Assembly (NCBI GenBank): GCA_963800335.1
Contig: CAWDAN010000006.1
Span: 13,659 to 77,658, forward strand
Direction of reading: 5' to 3'
DNA: 64,000 bases
DNA from: an uncultured Alphaproteobacteria bacterium
GTDB lineage: Bacteria; Pseudomonadota; Alphaproteobacteria; Sphingomonadales; Sphingomonadaceae
Made by a program: the position numbers and the translations under genes. Under the pieces are notes generated by a model. That model saw only the letters and a list, made by a program, of their open reading frames with translations, was not told where the DNA came from and ran no database searches. Below are positions 8,084 to 18,404 of the stretch, in pieces (position 1 is the stretch's first letter; the number at the start of each line of letters is the position of its first letter).

Positions 8084-8593
8084 GTGGCAGTCCCAGGGCT
8101 CTTTTCCGGACCCGCGATTTCCGCGATTGACGACAAGGGTCGTCTCGCCGTGCCAGCCAACCTGCGCAATTCGATCCCCGCCGACGACGACAGCCCGAGC
8201 GACGCCAAGGGTGGCCGCACGTTGTGCATCACCCGTCACGAGCGCTCCGACTGCCTGATCGCCTTCGGCCCCGACCGTCTCCGCAAGATGCAGGATGCGA
8301 TCGAGCGCGAAGAGCAGGTCGCCCTTGCCCGCGGCGAGGATTACGATCGCGACGCCGCCAACCGCCGCAAGTTCGGCCTCGTCGAGACCGTGACACTCGA
8401 CGGCAGCGGCCGGTTCATCGTGCCGCCCTTCCTAAAGGATGTCGGCAAGCTCGATCGCCAGGTTTTCTTCCACGGTGCCGGCGAGTATTTCGAATTGTGG
8501 GACCCCGAGGTCCTGCTCGCGCGCGACGACAGCTACGAGCCGCTCAAGCAGGCCTGCCGCTTCTACCGTGACAATGCGGGCAAGAAGAAGTGA
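8084..8593 (+). CDS. mraZ: division/cell wall cluster transcriptional regulator MraZ
   Basis: GTG start. Two SpoVT/AbrB-like repeats ([14 protein letters not shown] and [14 protein letters not shown]). First gene of the dcw cluster. Confidence 0.9.
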   Translation: MAVPGLFSGPAISAIDDKGRLAVPANLRNSIPADDDSPSDAKGGRTLCITRHERSDCLIAFGPDRLRKMQDAIEREEQVALARGEDYDRDAANRRKFGLVETVTLDGSGRFIVPPFLKDVGKLDRQVFFHGAGEYFELWDPEVLLARDDSYEPLKQACRFYRDNAGKKK

Positions 8594-9574
8594 GCGCGTC
8601 CGTGAACCTGTCCGACGGCACGCCACATGTTCCCGTCCTGCTCGACGAGGTGGTCGCCGCGCTGGCGCCGCAGCCGGCCGAGACCCACGTCGACGGCACG
8701 TTCGGCGCGGGCGGCTATTCGCGCGCCTTGCTTGCTGCGGGCGCGCGCGTCATCGGCATCGATCGCGATCCCGATGCGGTCGCGACGGGTCGCGAACTCG
8801 AGGCCGAGAATGCCGATTTCACGATGATCGCGGGCCTGTTCTCCGATCTTGCCAGCCAGCTCGCCGAGCGCGATATCGATCAGGTCGACGGCGTTACCTT
8901 CGACATCGGCGTGTCGTCGATGCAGTTCGACCAGGGTGAGCGCGGCTTTTCGTTCCAGGCCGACGGCCCGCTCGACATGCGCATGAGCCAGGCGGGAATG
9001 ACCGCCGCCGAATGGCTCAACAGCGCCGACGAAGCCGACATCGCCGACGTCATTTATCGCTATGGTGAGGAGCGCCGGTCGCGCCGGATCGCGCATGCGA
9101 TCGTCGCAGGCGCGCCCGCTGACCACGACCGGCGAGCTTGCCCGCATCGTCCGCAAGGCGGTCGGCCACAAGCCGCATGACAAAAAGGACCCCGCGACGC
9201 GGGCGTTCCAGGCCATTCGTATTTTCATCAATGCCGAACTCGAGGAGCTTGAACGCGGTCTCGCCGCTGCCGAGCAGGTGCTGAAACCTGGCGGCCGTCT
9301 TGCCGTCGTCAGCTTCCACAGCCTCGAGGATCGGATCGTCAAAAGGTTTCTCAAACGCCGGAGCGGGGCGTTGGGAGCCGGGTCGCGTCATCACCCACCC
9401 ACCCACCGTGACGCACCGGCTCCCACTTTCTCCTCGCTCGCCAAAGCGGTTCGGGCGTCGGACGCGGAAATCGCGCGCAATCCGCGTGCCCGTTCGGCGA
9501 CCTTGCGCGCCGGTATCCGCAGTGCGGCGCCGGCATGGGATGACACATTTGATCGGGAGGCCGCGGCATGTTGA
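8590..9574 (+). pseudogene. rsmH: 16S rRNA (cytosine1402-N4)-methyltransferase RsmH, reading frame broken near 9109
   Basis: The N-terminal 173 aa are in ORF 8590..9180 (HVPVLLDEV..., [10 protein letters not shown], ...[17 protein letters not shown]). The C-terminal part is in ORF 9062..9574 ([18 protein letters not shown]..., [23 protein letters not shown]). Removing one G from GCAGGCGCG (9106-9114) gives AIVAARPLTTT. Confidence 0.85.
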
Positions 9575-10233
9575 TGGCAGCACGCAAATTGCAGGGCATC
9601 GGTCTGGTCCTGTTCGTCCTGATGTTCGCGATGACGCTCTATCCGGTGTCGCTGCGTGTCGCCGCGACCCGCAGCGAACTGGCCCAGGTCGAGTATGATG
9701 TGATGCAGACGCGGCTCAACATCCGCTATCTCGAAACCGAATTCAGCGCGCGATCGAGCCTGCGCCAGCTCGAACGCTGGAACGCCGAGTCGCTCGGCTA
9801 TGCCGCCCCCGAGGCGGCGCAGTTCCTGTCGGGCGAACGCGCGCTGGCTCAGCTCGACAGCCTGCAGCCCGTCTCCGGACCGCGTGCCGACCGCGCCTTG
9901 TTGGCGGTCGCCGAAGTGCCGCCGGTGGCCGCGCCGCGATCGGCCACGCAGATGATCATCGATGCCTCGATCCCGTCGGCGCAGGCGCGCGAACCCGTTC
10001 GTCCACAGATCGCCGACACCGCTGGTAAGAAGGCGCCGGCGATGGTCGCGGCGAAGACCCCGACCGCAACGCCCAAGCCCGACGCCGCCAAGGCCGCGCC
10101 ATCGACGTCCAGCCAGGCAACCAAGCAGGATCGCCGCCTCGCGATGCTCGATCAGCAGCTGCTGACGCCCGCCGCGCTGAATGCGATCGACAGCGCCGCG
10201 CGTGCGGAGGCGGGTGCGGGCCGGGCGCAATGA
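9568..10233 (+). CDS. ftsL: cell division protein FtsL (alphaproteobacterial long form)
   Basis: RBS GGGAGG. Single TM helix ([17 protein letters not shown]), a coiled-coil segment and a Pro/Ala-rich tail. Sits at the canonical position between rsmH and ftsI. Confidence 0.75.
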   Translation: MLMAARKLQGIGLVLFVLMFAMTLYPVSLRVAATRSELAQVEYDVMQTRLNIRYLETEFSARSSLRQLERWNAESLGYAAPEAAQFLSGERALAQLDSLQPVSGPRADRALLAVAEVPPVAAPRSATQMIIDASIPSAQAREPVRPQIADTAGKKAPAMVAAKTPTATPKPDAAKAAPSTSSQATKQDRRLAMLDQQLLTPAALNAIDSAARAEAGAGRAQ

Positions 10234-11924
10234 CGACACTGGTCGCGCGTCCGGACCGGGTCCGGCTGGCCGGTCAGCGGCAACGCGCAATGATGACCGC
10301 GCACCAGCGGCTGATGATCCTGATGCTGCTGTTTATCGTCGCGATCATCGTCATTGGTGGCCGCACGCTCGCATTCGCCTTTGTTGACGACGCGCATGGC
10401 GGCAATCGCGGCGGTTCGGGAATGATTCCGGCGCGCGCCGACATCGTCGATCGCAACGGCGTCCCGCTCGCGCGGACGATCGATGCCTATTCGCTGCGCG
10501 TCGTGCCCGCGCGCGTGATGAACGATCCGAGGCGTCTCGCCGCCGACCTCGCCGCGATATTTCCCGACACCAGCGCCGACACGTTTTACGCCAAGATTAC
10601 CGGCAAGCGCCCGACCCTGCTGCGTCGCCGCGCGCTCCCCGAAGAGGTCGCAGCGGTCAACGCATTGGGCGAAGTCGGTTTCGAATATCCGCGCGTCAAG
10701 GAGCGCCTCTATCCGCAGCACACGCTCGGTGCACACGTTCTCGGCTTTACCGGGGCCGATCATCGCGGCGTAATCGGCGTCGAAAAGGCGTTCGACGAAC
10801 GGTTGTCCGACCCCGCATTGCGCGGTGAACCGCTGGCACTGTCGATTGACAGCCGGGTGCAGGCGACGCTCGAAAGCGAACTCTATACCGCGATGGTCAA
10901 TCTCGAGGCGCAGGGCGCTGCGGGCATCATCCTCGACGTAGCGAGCGGCGAAGTTCTCGGCATGGCATCGCTGCCGGTGTTCAATCCCAACAAGATCGTC
11001 AGCGGATCGAACGCGGCGCGCAAGAACGCGGTAACCTACAACCTCTACGAGCTCGGCTCGACGTTCAAGCCACTGACCGTCGCCAAGGCGATGGATATCG
11101 GCGTCGTGACAAGCATGTCGCGTCGCTACGATGCGACAAAGCCGCTCAAGGTCGGGCGTTTCGCCATCCATGACAGCCACGATATGGGTCGCTGGCTCAA
11201 CGTGCCCGAGACGCTGATCCATTCATCGAACGTGGTCACCGCGCAAATCGCCGACGAAATGGGCCAGGCGCCGCTCGAGCAGCTGTTCCGCAGCCTCGGC
11301 TTCGACAACCGGCCGCAGATCGAGCTAAAGGAACGCGCATTCCCGCTCTGGCCGCGCAGCTGGGGCCGGCTGACGACGATGACGACGAGCTACGGCCATG
11401 GCATCGCGGTGACGCCGCTCCATCTCGCGAGCGCCTATGGTGCGCTCGTCAACGGCGGCACCTTCTATCCCGCGACCTTGCTCAAGACCGAGCGTGGACG
11501 CCAACCGGCGGGCAAGCGCGTTTTTTCCGAAGCGACCAGCGCGCGGATGCGCCAGTTGCTGCGCATGATCGTCGTCGACGGCACCGGTACCAAGGCCGAC
11601 GCGCCGGGCTTTCGCGTCGGCGGCAAGACGGGCTCGGCGGAAAAGCCGAGCGCAGGCGGCTATGCCCATCATTCGCTCGTTTCGACCTTTGTGGCGGCGT
11701 TCCCGATGGACAATCCGCGCTATGTCGTCCTCGCGATGATCGACGAACCGAAGGGCAATGCCTATAGCTCGGGTCAGCGCACGGCGGGATGGACCGCCGC
11801 GCCGGTAGTGAGGAATGTCGTTATGCGGATCGGCCCGATGCTCGGCATCATCCCCGACCAGAACCGCGATGTCGATTTGAGCGATCTCGAACCCCTGTTG
11901 TGGAAACCGAAAGGGGAGAACTGA
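10230..11924 (+). CDS. ftsI: peptidoglycan D,D-transpeptidase FtsI (PBP3)
   Basis: ATGA overlap with ftsL. Contains the transpeptidase motifs STFK, SSN and KTG. Confidence 0.92.
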   Translation: MTTLVARPDRVRLAGQRQRAMMTAHQRLMILMLLFIVAIIVIGGRTLAFAFVDDAHGGNRGGSGMIPARADIVDRNGVPLARTIDAYSLRVVPARVMNDPRRLAADLAAIFPDTSADTFYAKITGKRPTLLRRRALPEEVAAVNALGEVGFEYPRVKERLYPQHTLGAHVLGFTGADHRGVIGVEKAFDERLSDPALRGEPLALSIDSRVQATLESELYTAMVNLEAQGAAGIILDVASGEVLGMASLPVFNPNKIVSGSNAARKNAVTYNLYELGSTFKPLTVAKAMDIGVVTSMSRRYDATKPLKVGRFAIHDSHDMGRWLNVPETLIHSSNVVTAQIADEMGQAPLEQLFRSLGFDNRPQIELKERAFPLWPRSWGRLTTMTTSYGHGIAVTPLHLASAYGALVNGGTFYPATLLKTERGRQPAGKRVFSEATSARMRQLLRMIVVDGTGTKADAPGFRVGGKTGSAEKPSAGGYAHHSLVSTFVAAFPMDNPRYVVLAMIDEPKGNAYSSGQRTAGWTAAPVVRNVVMRIGPMLGIIPDQNRDVDLSDLEPLLWKPKGEN

Positions 11925-13363
11925 TGCGGCTCGACGCGTTGGTCGGAGCCACGTCAGCCGATCTCGGCGACCGCACGGTCACCGGTTTTGCCATCGATCA
12001 CCGCAAGGTCGCGCCGGGCAACGTGTTCGGTGCCTTTCCCGGTTCGACCGTCAACGGCGAAGACTATATCGCCGAGGCGATCAGGCTCGGCGCGATCGCT
12101 GTCGTCGCGCGGCCCGGGGCCACCGTCGCGGGAGCGCTCCACATCGCCGACGCCAACCCGCGTCGCCGCTTTGCCGAGATCGCGGCGCGTTACTATCACC
12201 GGTTTCCCGCGACCGTCGTCGCGGTCACCGGGACCAATGGCAAGACTTCGACGGTCGAGATGACGCGCCAGCTGTGGATGATGGCGGGGTACCAAGCCGC
12301 ATCGATCGGTACGCTTGGCGTCACGACCGCCGACGAACAGGTCAAGACCGGCCTGACGACGCCCGATGTGGCGACCTTCCTCGCGAATATGGCCGGGCTG
12401 GCGCAGGAAGGCGTCGGCCATGTCGCCTATGAGGCATCGAGCCACGGTCTCGACCAGCATCGCTGCGAGGGGCTCGACGTCGTCGCCGGGGCGTTCACCA
12501 ACTTCACCCGCGACCACCTCGACTATCACGGCGACATGGCGAGCTATTTCGCCGCCAAGATGCGCCTCTTCGACGATATCGTCGCGCCGGGCGGGAGCGC
12601 GGTGATCTGGGCCGACGATCCGAAATCGACCGAGGTTGCCAAGCGCGCCGCCGAACGCGGCCTCTCGATCCTGACGGTTGGCCGCGATGGCGAAGCCCTA
12701 CGCCTTGCCGCGCGCGAACCGACGCCGCTCGGCCAGCGGCTGACGATCGACGGCGCTTATGGAACGCACACGGTCATGCTGTCGCTGATCGGGGCCTATC
12801 AGGCGGCCAACGCGCTCGTCGCTGCAGGTCTCGTCATCGCGACCGGCGGCGATCCGGCGACGACGCTTGCCAACCTCGCGCGGTTGCAGCCTGTGCGCGG
12901 TCGGCTTGAACGCGCAACGATCACGCGCGAAGGCGCGCCGGTCTATGTCGACTACGCGCACACCCCCGACGCACTTGAGGCGGCGCTTGCCGCGCTGCGA
13001 CCGCACGCGACGGGAAAGCTCATCCTCGTCTTCGGCGCGGGCGGCGATCGCGATGTTGGCAAGCGCGCCGAAATGGGCGCGGTGGCGGCGCGACTCGCCG
13101 ATATTGCCGTCGTCACCGACGACAATCCGCGCTCGGAAGATCCCGCCGCCATCCGCGCCGAGATCCTGACCGCGCTGCCCGACGGTATCGAGATCGGCGA
13201 CCGGCACGCGGCGATCGCGCACGCCGTCGCCATCGCCGGGCATGACGATATCGTCTGCCTTGCGGGCAAGGGGCATGAGGTCGGGCAGATCATCGGCGCG
13301 GGCGACAGCCTGCGCATCCTGCCATTCGACGACGTTGCGGTCGCGCGCGAGTGCGCGGCATGA
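11924..13363 (+). CDS. murE: UDP-N-acetylmuramoyl-L-alanyl-D-glutamate--2,6-diaminopimelate ligase
   Basis: ATG 11924 overlaps the ftsI stop (TGATG). Mur ligase P-loop VTGTNGKTS and the DNPR motif (VTDDNPRSEDP) typical of meso-DAP-adding MurE. Confidence 0.92.
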   Translation: MRLDALVGATSADLGDRTVTGFAIDHRKVAPGNVFGAFPGSTVNGEDYIAEAIRLGAIAVVARPGATVAGALHIADANPRRRFAEIAARYYHRFPATVVAVTGTNGKTSTVEMTRQLWMMAGYQAASIGTLGVTTADEQVKTGLTTPDVATFLANMAGLAQEGVGHVAYEASSHGLDQHRCEGLDVVAGAFTNFTRDHLDYHGDMASYFAAKMRLFDDIVAPGGSAVIWADDPKSTEVAKRAAERGLSILTVGRDGEALRLAAREPTPLGQRLTIDGAYGTHTVMLSLIGAYQAANALVAAGLVIATGGDPATTLANLARLQPVRGRLERATITREGAPVYVDYAHTPDALEAALAALRPHATGKLILVFGAGGDRDVGKRAEMGAVAARLADIAVVTDDNPRSEDPAAIRAEILTALPDGIEIGDRHAAIAHAVAIAGHDDIVCLAGKGHEVGQIIGAGDSLRILPFDDVAVARECAA

Positions 13364-13372
13364 CGGCGCGCG

Positions 13373-14779
13373 CTGTGGACCGGCAGCGAGATCGCGGCGG
13401 CGACCGGCGGAACGCTGCACGGCAAGGATTTCGAGGCCTTCGGCGTCGCTTTCGATTCGCGCGAGGTCGAGGCACATGAAGCGGGCGGCGACCTGTTCAT
13501 CGCGATGCGCGGCGAGGAAGCCGACGGCCACGATTATCTCGCCAAGGCTTTCGCCAACGGCGCGAGCGGCGCAATTGTCGAGCGGGTGACCGACGCGCTC
13601 GAAGGGCATCCCTACGTCCTCGTCGCCGACTCGATGGCGGCGCTCGAAGCACTGGGCCGCGCGGCAAGGGCACGGGCAGTCGATGCGACGATTATTGGCG
13701 TGACCGGATCGGCGGGCAAGACGGGGACCAAGGAAGCGCTGTTTCACGCGCTCGACCGCGCGGCGCGCGGCTCGGTGCATCGGTCGGTAAAGAGCTACAA
13801 CAATCATACCGGCGTGCCGCTGAGCCTCGCGCGGATGCCGCGCGATACGCGCTTCGGCATTTTCGAGATGGGGATGAACCATCCCCGCGAATTGGCCGCG
13901 CTGACTCAGTTCGTCCGGCCGCATATCGCGATCGTCACGACGGTCGCCCCCGCGCACCAGGAGTTTTTCGCCAGCGTCGAGGCGATCGCCGACGCCAAGG
14001 CAGAGATTTTCGAGGGGCTGGAAGACGGCGGCGTTGCAATTGTCCCGTTTGACAATCCGCACGGCGCGCGGCTCACCGCCGCGGCTTTGCATCATGCATC
14101 GAGCGTGGTGAGCTTCGGCACGCGTGATGGCGCCGATGTCCAGGCCTGCGAATGGGTCGATGTGCCCGAGGGCGGATCGCTGATCACCGCCAAGCTCCCC
14201 GGCGGCGAGCTGTGCTTCACCATCTCGGCTCCGGGCGATCACTGGGTCGCCAACGCGATGGCGGTGCTTGCCGCAGTCGAGGCGGCGGGGGCCGATCTTG
14301 GCGCGGCGGGCCTCGCGCTTGCCGAACTGCCCGGCCTTGCCGGCCGCGGCGCGCGCCATGTCGTTTCGCTCGGGGGCGGCCCCGATCGCGGCCAAGCGCT
14401 GCTGATCGACGAAAGCTACAACGCCAACCCGGCATCGATGGCGGCGACGCTGGCCCAACTGGGTCGCGAACCGGCGACGCGGCGGATCGCGGTGCTTGGC
14501 GCGATGAAGGAACTCGGCAGCGAAAGCGCGGCCTATCACGCCGCCATTGCCGATCCCTTGCTCGCCGCTGCGGTGGATATCGCGGTGCTTGTCGGCGACG
14601 AGATGACGCCGCTCGCCAAAAGGCTTGAGGATTCATGCGCAATCGCGCATCTGCCCGACGGCGACGCGGCACTGGCCTGGCTGTCGGACAATCTGGCGGC
14701 GGGCGATGCCGTCCTCATCAAGGGTTCGAACGCCGTCGGTCTCGGCAAGGTCGTCGCCACATTGACGCGCGGGAGTTAG
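13373..14779 (+). CDS. murF: UDP-N-acetylmuramoyl-tripeptide--D-alanyl-D-alanine ligase; start codon problem
   Basis: The conserved MurF N-terminus (LWTGSEIAAATGGTLHG...GDLFIAMRGEEADGHDY) is open from 13364. That frame has no ATG/GTG/TTG before 13505. The expected ATG at 13360 (ATGA overlap with murE) is one base out of frame. P-loop VTGSAGKTGTKE. Confidence 0.85.
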   Translation: MWTGSEIAAATGGTLHGKDFEAFGVAFDSREVEAHEAGGDLFIAMRGEEADGHDYLAKAFANGASGAIVERVTDALEGHPYVLVADSMAALEALGRAARARAVDATIIGVTGSAGKTGTKEALFHALDRAARGSVHRSVKSYNNHTGVPLSLARMPRDTRFGIFEMGMNHPRELAALTQFVRPHIAIVTTVAPAHQEFFASVEAIADAKAEIFEGLEDGGVAIVPFDNPHGARLTAAALHHASSVVSFGTRDGADVQACEWVDVPEGGSLITAKLPGGELCFTISAPGDHWVANAMAVLAAVEAAGADLGAAGLALAELPGLAGRGARHVVSLGGGPDRGQALLIDESYNANPASMAATLAQLGREPATRRIAVLGAMKELGSESAAYHAAIADPLLAAAVDIAVLVGDEMTPLAKRLEDSCAIAHLPDGDAALAWLSDNLAAGDAVLIKGSNAVGLGKVVATLTRGS

Positions 14780-14782
14780 AAC

Positions 14783-15853
14783 ATGTTGTATTGGCTGGCC
14801 GAAACACTCGGCTTCCCTGGTGTTTTGAACCTCATCCGCTACCTTACCTTTCGCTCGGGCGCGGCGGTCGCGACCGCGATGCTGATCGGCCTTTTGATCG
14901 GCCCGTGGCTGATCCGCTTGCTGCGCCGCAAGCAGGGCAGGGGACAGCCGATCCGCAGCGACGGCCCGCAGACGCACCTCGTCAAACAGGGCACGCCGAC
15001 GATGGGCGGGCTGTTGATGCTGATCGCGATCGCCGTATCGCTGCTGCTCTGGATGGACCTCAAGAGCCACCTTGTCTGGGCGACGGTGCTCGTCACTTTG
15101 GGCTTTGCCGCGATCGGTTTCATGGACGATTACGACAAGGTCGCCAAGGCGAGCCATCGCGGGATCCCTGCAAAGCTGCGGCTTCTGCTCGAATTCGCGA
15201 TCGCCGGCGCGGCTGCGTGGATCATCCTGCGCGACGGGCCGCATTTGCTCTATCTGCCCTTCATCAGCAACGCCGGCCTCGATCTCGGGCCGTTCTATTT
15301 CGTCTTTGCCGCCTTCACGATCGTCGCCTTCGGCAATGCGGTCAATCTGACCGACGGGCTCGACGGCCTCGCGACGATGCCGGTGGTAATCGCCAGCGTG
15401 ACCTTCATGGTCATCGTCTATCTCGTCGGCAGCAGCAAGTTCGCGACCTATCTCGGCATTCCGCATGTCCCCGGCGCGGGCGAACTGGCGATCGTGTGCG
15501 GCGCGATCATCGGTGCGGGGCTCGCTTTTCTCTGGTTCAATTCGCCTCCCGCGTCGGTCTTCATGGGCGATACCGGCAGCCTCGCCTTGGGCGGCGCGCT
15601 CGGGACGATCGCGGTCGCATCGCGCCATGAAATCGTCCTCGGCATCGTCGGCGGGCTGTTCGTCATCGAGGCGCTGTCGGTGATCATCCAGGTGCTCGTC
15701 TACAAACGCACCGGGCGACGTGTCTTTCGCATGGCGCCGATCCACCACCATTTCGAGCAGCTTGGCTGGCCCGAATCGAAGGTCGTCATCCGCTTCTGGA
15801 TCTTCAGCATCGTGCTGGCGCTGGCGGGTCTCGCCACGCTGAAGCTGCGGTGA
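14783..15853 (+). CDS. mraY: phospho-N-acetylmuramoyl-pentapeptide-transferase
   Basis: 356-aa, 10-TM protein with MraY motifs ([32 protein letters not shown]). Confidence 0.93.
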   Translation: MLYWLAETLGFPGVLNLIRYLTFRSGAAVATAMLIGLLIGPWLIRLLRRKQGRGQPIRSDGPQTHLVKQGTPTMGGLLMLIAIAVSLLLWMDLKSHLVWATVLVTLGFAAIGFMDDYDKVAKASHRGIPAKLRLLLEFAIAGAAAWIILRDGPHLLYLPFISNAGLDLGPFYFVFAAFTIVAFGNAVNLTDGLDGLATMPVVIASVTFMVIVYLVGSSKFATYLGIPHVPGAGELAIVCGAIIGAGLAFLWFNSPPASVFMGDTGSLALGGALGTIAVASRHEIVLGIVGGLFVIEALSVIIQVLVYKRTGRRVFRMAPIHHHFEQLGWPESKVVIRFWIFSIVLALAGLATLKLR

Positions 15854-17166
15854 TCGTCAGCCCGGCCTTTGCCGGTAAGCATTATGCCGTGCTCGGCCTC
15901 GCGCGCTCGGGCCTCGCCACGGTCGAAGCGCTGAGCGCGAGCGGCGCCAAGATTACCGCATGGGACACGCGCGAGGATGCGCGCGCCGCGGTGCGCCATC
16001 TCGCCACGATCGCCGATCCGACCGAGATCGACCTCGCCGGTTTCGACGGCATCGTCGTCTCGCCCGGCGTCCCGCTCAACCGCCATCCGATCACCGGGCG
16101 CGCCGCCGCCGCGGGCGTTCCGATCATCGGCGATATCGAACTGTTCGCGCTCGCCCGGCCGGACCTTCCCGTCCACAAGGTCGTCGGGATCACCGGCACC
16201 AACGGAAAGTCGACGACCACCGCGCTGGTCGCGCACATCGTCCGCAATGCCGGTCGTCCGGTGCGCATGGCGGGCAATATCGGCCTGCCGATCATGGGGC
16301 AGAATCCGCTTGGCCCCGGCGGCGTTTATGTCCTCGAGCTGTCGAGCTACCAGATCGACCTGACGCGCAGCCTCGATTGCGATATCGCCGCCCTGCTCAA
16401 CCTGTCGCCCGACCATCTCGACCGCTATTCGGGCTTTGCCGCCTATATCGCGTCGAAGGCGCGATTGTTCGCGATGCAGTCGAGCGGCCATGCCAGGATC
16501 ATCGCGGTCGACGGGCCCGAAACGACGCGGCTTGCCGACACGATCGACGGCGTCCGCCGCGTCCGCGCTGCCGAGACCGGCGACCAGTCGCACTGGCCCG
16601 CGCTGCAGGGGCCGCATAATGCCCAGAACATCGCGGTCGCGCTGGCGATCGCCGACGCGCTCGGCATCCGGCGCAGCTCGGCCGAGGCCGCGCTCGCCAG
16701 CTTTGCCGGCCTGCCGCACCGGATGGAGCTGGTCGGAGAGGCGGGCGGCGTCCTGTTCGTCAACGACAGCAAGGCGACCAACGCCGCGAGCGCCGCACCC
16801 GCGCTCGCCGCCTGGCCGCCGATGCCCAATCCGCGCATCCACTGGATCGTCGGCGGCATCGCCAAGGAAGAGGGGCTGGGCGAGTGCGGCGACTGGATCG
16901 GCCATGTCGCGCGCGCCTATACGATCGGCGAATCGGGCGCGATGTTCGCCGCCGCGCTCAACGGGCGCGTCGCGGTCGAGGAATGCGAAATGCTCGGCAC
17001 CGCGGTCAAGCACGCGATCGATCGCGCCAGGCCCGGCGATGTCGTCCTGCTCTCGCCCGCCTGCGCATCGTTCGACCAGTTCAAGGATTACGAAGCGCGC
17101 GGCGATGCGTTTCGTGCGCTGACCGCTTCGCTTGCGCCCGGTGCGCGCCCGGTGGCGCCGCGATGA
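15850..17166 (+). CDS. murD: UDP-N-acetylmuramoylalanine--D-glutamate ligase
   Basis: GTGA overlap with mra[12 protein letters not shown]-loop. dcw position. Confidence 0.9.
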   Translation: MIVSPAFAGKHYAVLGLARSGLATVEALSASGAKITAWDTREDARAAVRHLATIADPTEIDLAGFDGIVVSPGVPLNRHPITGRAAAAGVPIIGDIELFALARPDLPVHKVVGITGTNGKSTTTALVAHIVRNAGRPVRMAGNIGLPIMGQNPLGPGGVYVLELSSYQIDLTRSLDCDIAALLNLSPDHLDRYSGFAAYIASKARLFAMQSSGHARIIAVDGPETTRLADTIDGVRRVRAAETGDQSHWPALQGPHNAQNIAVALAIADALGIRRSSAEAALASFAGLPHRMELVGEAGGVLFVNDSKATNAASAAPALAAWPPMPNPRIHWIVGGIAKEEGLGECGDWIGHVARAYTIGESGAMFAAALNGRVAVEECEMLGTAVKHAIDRARPGDVVLLSPACASFDQFKDYEARGDAFRALTASLAPGARPVAPR

Positions 17167-18404
17167 GCGACGATCGCCCGCAACCGCGCCGCCGCGTTAC
17201 GCCTGTTGCCGCGCCTCTGTTCGGCGGGGCCAAGCCGCATAGCGGGCCGCGCCTCAGCCGCGCCGATCGCAGTGCGCTGGGCATCTGGTTCTGGGAAATC
17301 GACCGCGTCCTGCTGCTGTTGCTGACGATCCTGATCGCGATCGGCCTCGTCGCGGTAGCTGCCGCTTCGCCCGTCGCGGCGGCCAAGCAGTCGACCGCGG
17401 CGACGACGATCGCGCCGCTTTATTATCTCTATCGGCAGATCCTGTGGGTGCTCGTCGCGGTTCCCGCGATGCTGGTCGTGTCGATGCTGCCGCGTGCGCA
17501 GGCCCGCCGGCTCGCCATTTATGCGACGCTGGTTTTCCTCGCGCTGCTGTTCCTCGTCCCGATCCTCGGGACGACGGTCAACGGTGCCGCCCGCTGGATC
17601 GGCAGCGGCGTGTTCCGCCTCCAGCCGTCGGAGTTCCTCAAGCCGTTCTTCGTCGTCACGCTCGCCTGGACGCTGTCGCTCAAGGTCGAGGATGACAGCC
17701 TGCCGGTCGTGCCGCTGTCGTTCGCGCTGACCACCGTCATCGCGCTGCTGCTGCTCAACCAGCCCGATCTCGGCCAGACGATCATCTTCTGTTCGAGCTG
17801 GCTGGTCCTGATGGTCGTTGCCGGCATGTCGTTCCGGATCGTCGGCGGATTGATCGGCGCAGGGCTCGCCGGGCTCGTTTCGGCCTATTTCTTCTATCCC
17901 GTCGCGACGACGCGGATCGACATCTGGCTGTTCGGCGAGGGCGACAGCTTCCAGGTCGAAAAGGCGCATGCGGCGCTGACCGGCGGCGGGTTGATCGGTA
18001 CCGGGCCGGGCGCGGGAATTGCCAAGTTCGCGCTGCCCGAGGCGCATACCGATTATATCTTCTCGGTGATCGGCGAGGAATTCGGCCTGATCGCCTGCGT
18101 CGCGATCGCCTGCCTCTATCTTGCGATCATCATCCGCGTCCTGCTGCGCCTGCTCGACGAGGAAGACCAGTTCACGATCCTCGCGGTCGCGGGCCTCGTG
18201 ACGCAATTCGGCGGGCAGGCGATCATCAACATGGCGGTCAATACGCAGCTGTTTCCGTCGAAGGGGATGACCTTGCCGTTTATCAGCTATGGCGGCTCGT
18301 CATTGATCGCGCTCGGGCTCGGCATGGGTTTGCTGTTGTCACTGACCCGCCGCAATCCCTATCTGTCGCGTTCCACCCTCGACAACGACTGGAATCCGCA
18401 ATGA
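17163..18404 (+). CDS. ftsW: peptidoglycan glycosyltransferase FtsW (SEDS family)
   Basis: ATG 17163 (ATGA overlap with murD). Polytopic SEDS protein (QPSEFLKP, EAHTDYIFSVIGEE, LPFISYGGSS). The listed 16884 start lies inside murD. Confidence 0.9.
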   Translation: MSDDRPQPRRRVTPVAAPLFGGAKPHSGPRLSRADRSALGIWFWEIDRVLLLLLTILIAIGLVAVAAASPVAAAKQSTAATTIAPLYYLYRQILWVLVAVPAMLVVSMLPRAQARRLAIYATLVFLALLFLVPILGTTVNGAARWIGSGVFRLQPSEFLKPFFVVTLAWTLSLKVEDDSLPVVPLSFALTTVIALLLLNQPDLGQTIIFCSSWLVLMVVAGMSFRIVGGLIGAGLAGLVSAYFFYPVATTRIDIWLFGEGDSFQVEKAHAALTGGGLIGTGPGAGIAKFALPEAHTDYIFSVIGEEFGLIACVAIACLYLAIIIRVLLRLLDEEDQFTILAVAGLVTQFGGQAIINMAVNTQLFPSKGMTLPFISYGGSSLIALGLGMGLLLSLTRRNPYLSRSTLDNDWNPQ

